DNA of 64,000 nt from an uncultured Chitinophagales bacterium (GTDB lineage: Bacteria; Bacteroidota; Ignavibacteria; UBA10030; UBA6906): positions 39,006-103,005 of the forward strand of contig CAZBWR010000004.1 in assembly GCA_964495695.1 (NCBI GenBank), written 5' to 3'. Below, one piece after another: positions 63,479 to 64,000 of this stretch (the first letter of the stretch is position 1; the number at the start of each line of letters is the position of its first letter). A model generated the notes under the pieces. That model had not been told where the DNA came from, searched no databases, and saw only the letters and a list, made by a program, of their open reading frames with translations. The position numbers were made by a program, and so were the translations under genes.

Positions 63479-64000
63479 ACAGGACAACTTCTCTTACTCT
63501 AAACCTCCGGCTGGTTTCAATACGACTGGTCGTCGCTATTCTTCTTGCGTTGGCAGCGGGTACGACGCAGGCATTTTCGCAGGCGTTTTTTTCGCTTCAA
63601 TGGGAGGTATCAGAGCCGACCGAATCTTTCAAACAAAGCGCCGGAACAGGATTTGGGGGAAAGCTCTCCTATATCCATTTTGTGAGTCCACGCCTCGCAA
63701 TTACCGGAAGCACCGGTTACACGGAGTGGGGACCACGAGTAAACGCGGCGCCGTTTTCGGATTACAAGCTTGTTAGCGTGCCTGTAGGACTTGGGATTGA
63801 TCTCTTGTTTACGCGTGGAATTGTTTCCCCATATGTTGGTGTCACCGCAGGGATGGATTATCTACGGATCAGAGGTATTTCGCCGGGCGACCCGGCCGGC
63901 GTGTATCAGGACAAAAGTGAACTCCGGTTTTCCGTATCGCCACATCTTGGGGTCGGCATTCATGTAGCGGGTCCGGTTGGCGTTTTACTCACCGGCTCGT
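63475..64000 (+). CDS. Outer-membrane beta-barrel protein, N-terminal part (runs off window end)
   Basis: Absent from the ORF track because there is no stop inside the window. Translation: MNRTTSLTLNLRLVSIRLVVAILLALAAGTTQAFSQ (signal peptide), then ...LSYIHFVSPRLAITGSTGYTEWG...VGLGIDLLF... with alternating hydrophobic beta-strands. ATG overlaps the htrA stop. Confidence 0.5.
   Translation, partial: MNRTTSLTLNLRLVSIRLVVAILLALAAGTTQAFSQAFFSLQWEVSEPTESFKQSAGTGFGGKLSYIHFVSPRLAITGSTGYTEWGPRVNAAPFSDYKLVSVPVGLGIDLLFTRGIVSPYVGVTAGMDYLRIRGISPGDPAGVYQDKSELRFSVSPHLGVGIHVAGPVGVLLTGS

Noticed and set aside
63459-63776. 105-aa ORF listed after htrA
   Set aside because: A different frame starting at 63475 encodes a signal peptide plus beta-barrel-like protein and continues to the window end. 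The listed frame is Arg/Gly-rich with no features.
1-64000. Search for mobile elements, prophage, toxin-antitoxin or defence islands
   Set aside because: No integrase, transposase, recombinase, restriction-modification, Cas, or phage structural motifs were recognised. Coding density and composition look uniform. No candidate defence or mobile system can be supported from this sequence.

Overview
The 64-kb window is a coding-dense chromosomal segment, roughly 55% GC by eye, from a flagellated diderm bacterium. No obviously foreign island, CRISPR array, tRNA, transposase or integrase was recognised. Positions 1-19.2 kb hold one large + strand flagellar locus: flhA C-terminal fragment, flhF, flhG, a small 2-TM ORF, fliA, a stand-alone sigma-70 region-4 ORF, an HDOD protein, a GAF histidine kinase, a membrane ORF, flgF, flgG, flgA, flgH, flgI, flgJ (rod-binding domain fused to an SLT lytic transglycosylase), a flgN-like ORF, flgK, flgL, stator pair 1 (motA/motB-like), fliW, csrA, stator pair 2 (motA/motB), and a REC plus degenerate HD-GYP regulator. 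Positions 19.2-33.4 kb are a - strand housekeeping block: mpg, a DUF3078-like outer membrane protein, a BON/LysM protein, mscL, an OmpA-family protein with tandem thrombospondin type-3 repeats, a CoA-acylating aldehyde dehydrogenase, a putative OM barrel, ruvB, ruvA, ruvC, yebC, recJ, the RNase P RNA gene rnpB (not in the ORF track and overlapped by a spuriously extended recJ ORF), a COG1579 zinc-ribbon protein and a Nif3-family protein. Positions 33.5-36.3 kb are a signal-transduction cluster: a REC-HisKA protein without an ATPase domain, a CheY-like receiver, and an NtrC-type sigma-54 activator. Positions 36.5-51.6 kb are + strand metabolism: an MFS symporter, a glutaryl-CoA dehydrogenase-like ACAD, guaB, an M24 aminopeptidase, a glycosyltransferase-like ORF, purD, an NAD-dependent epimerase, meaB, a second ACAD, an acyl-CoA carboxyltransferase beta subunit, a secreted hypothetical protein, and a second NtrC-type regulator. 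Positions 51.6-61.5 kb are - strand: a TrmH/RlmB-like methyltransferase, a small membrane ORF, a glutaredoxin-like ORF, lgt, an unknown ORF, ptsN, a nucleotidyltransferase/phosphohexomutase-like fusion, a PLP-dependent Cys/Met enzyme, cbs, ldh and larB. The window ends with plsY, htrA and a partial OM beta-barrel ORF that runs off the window edge. The most noteworthy items are regulatory oddities inside the flagellar locus: a sigma-4-only ORF after fliA; an HDOD/GAF-kinase/membrane module; two stator sets flanking fliW-csrA; and a degenerate HD-GYP receiver protein. Others are the unannotated rnpB, an orphan larB translationally coupled to ldh, and a three-receiver cluster with a CA-less HisKA protein. 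All functional calls are from visual motif recognition in the supplied translations; no database search was run.
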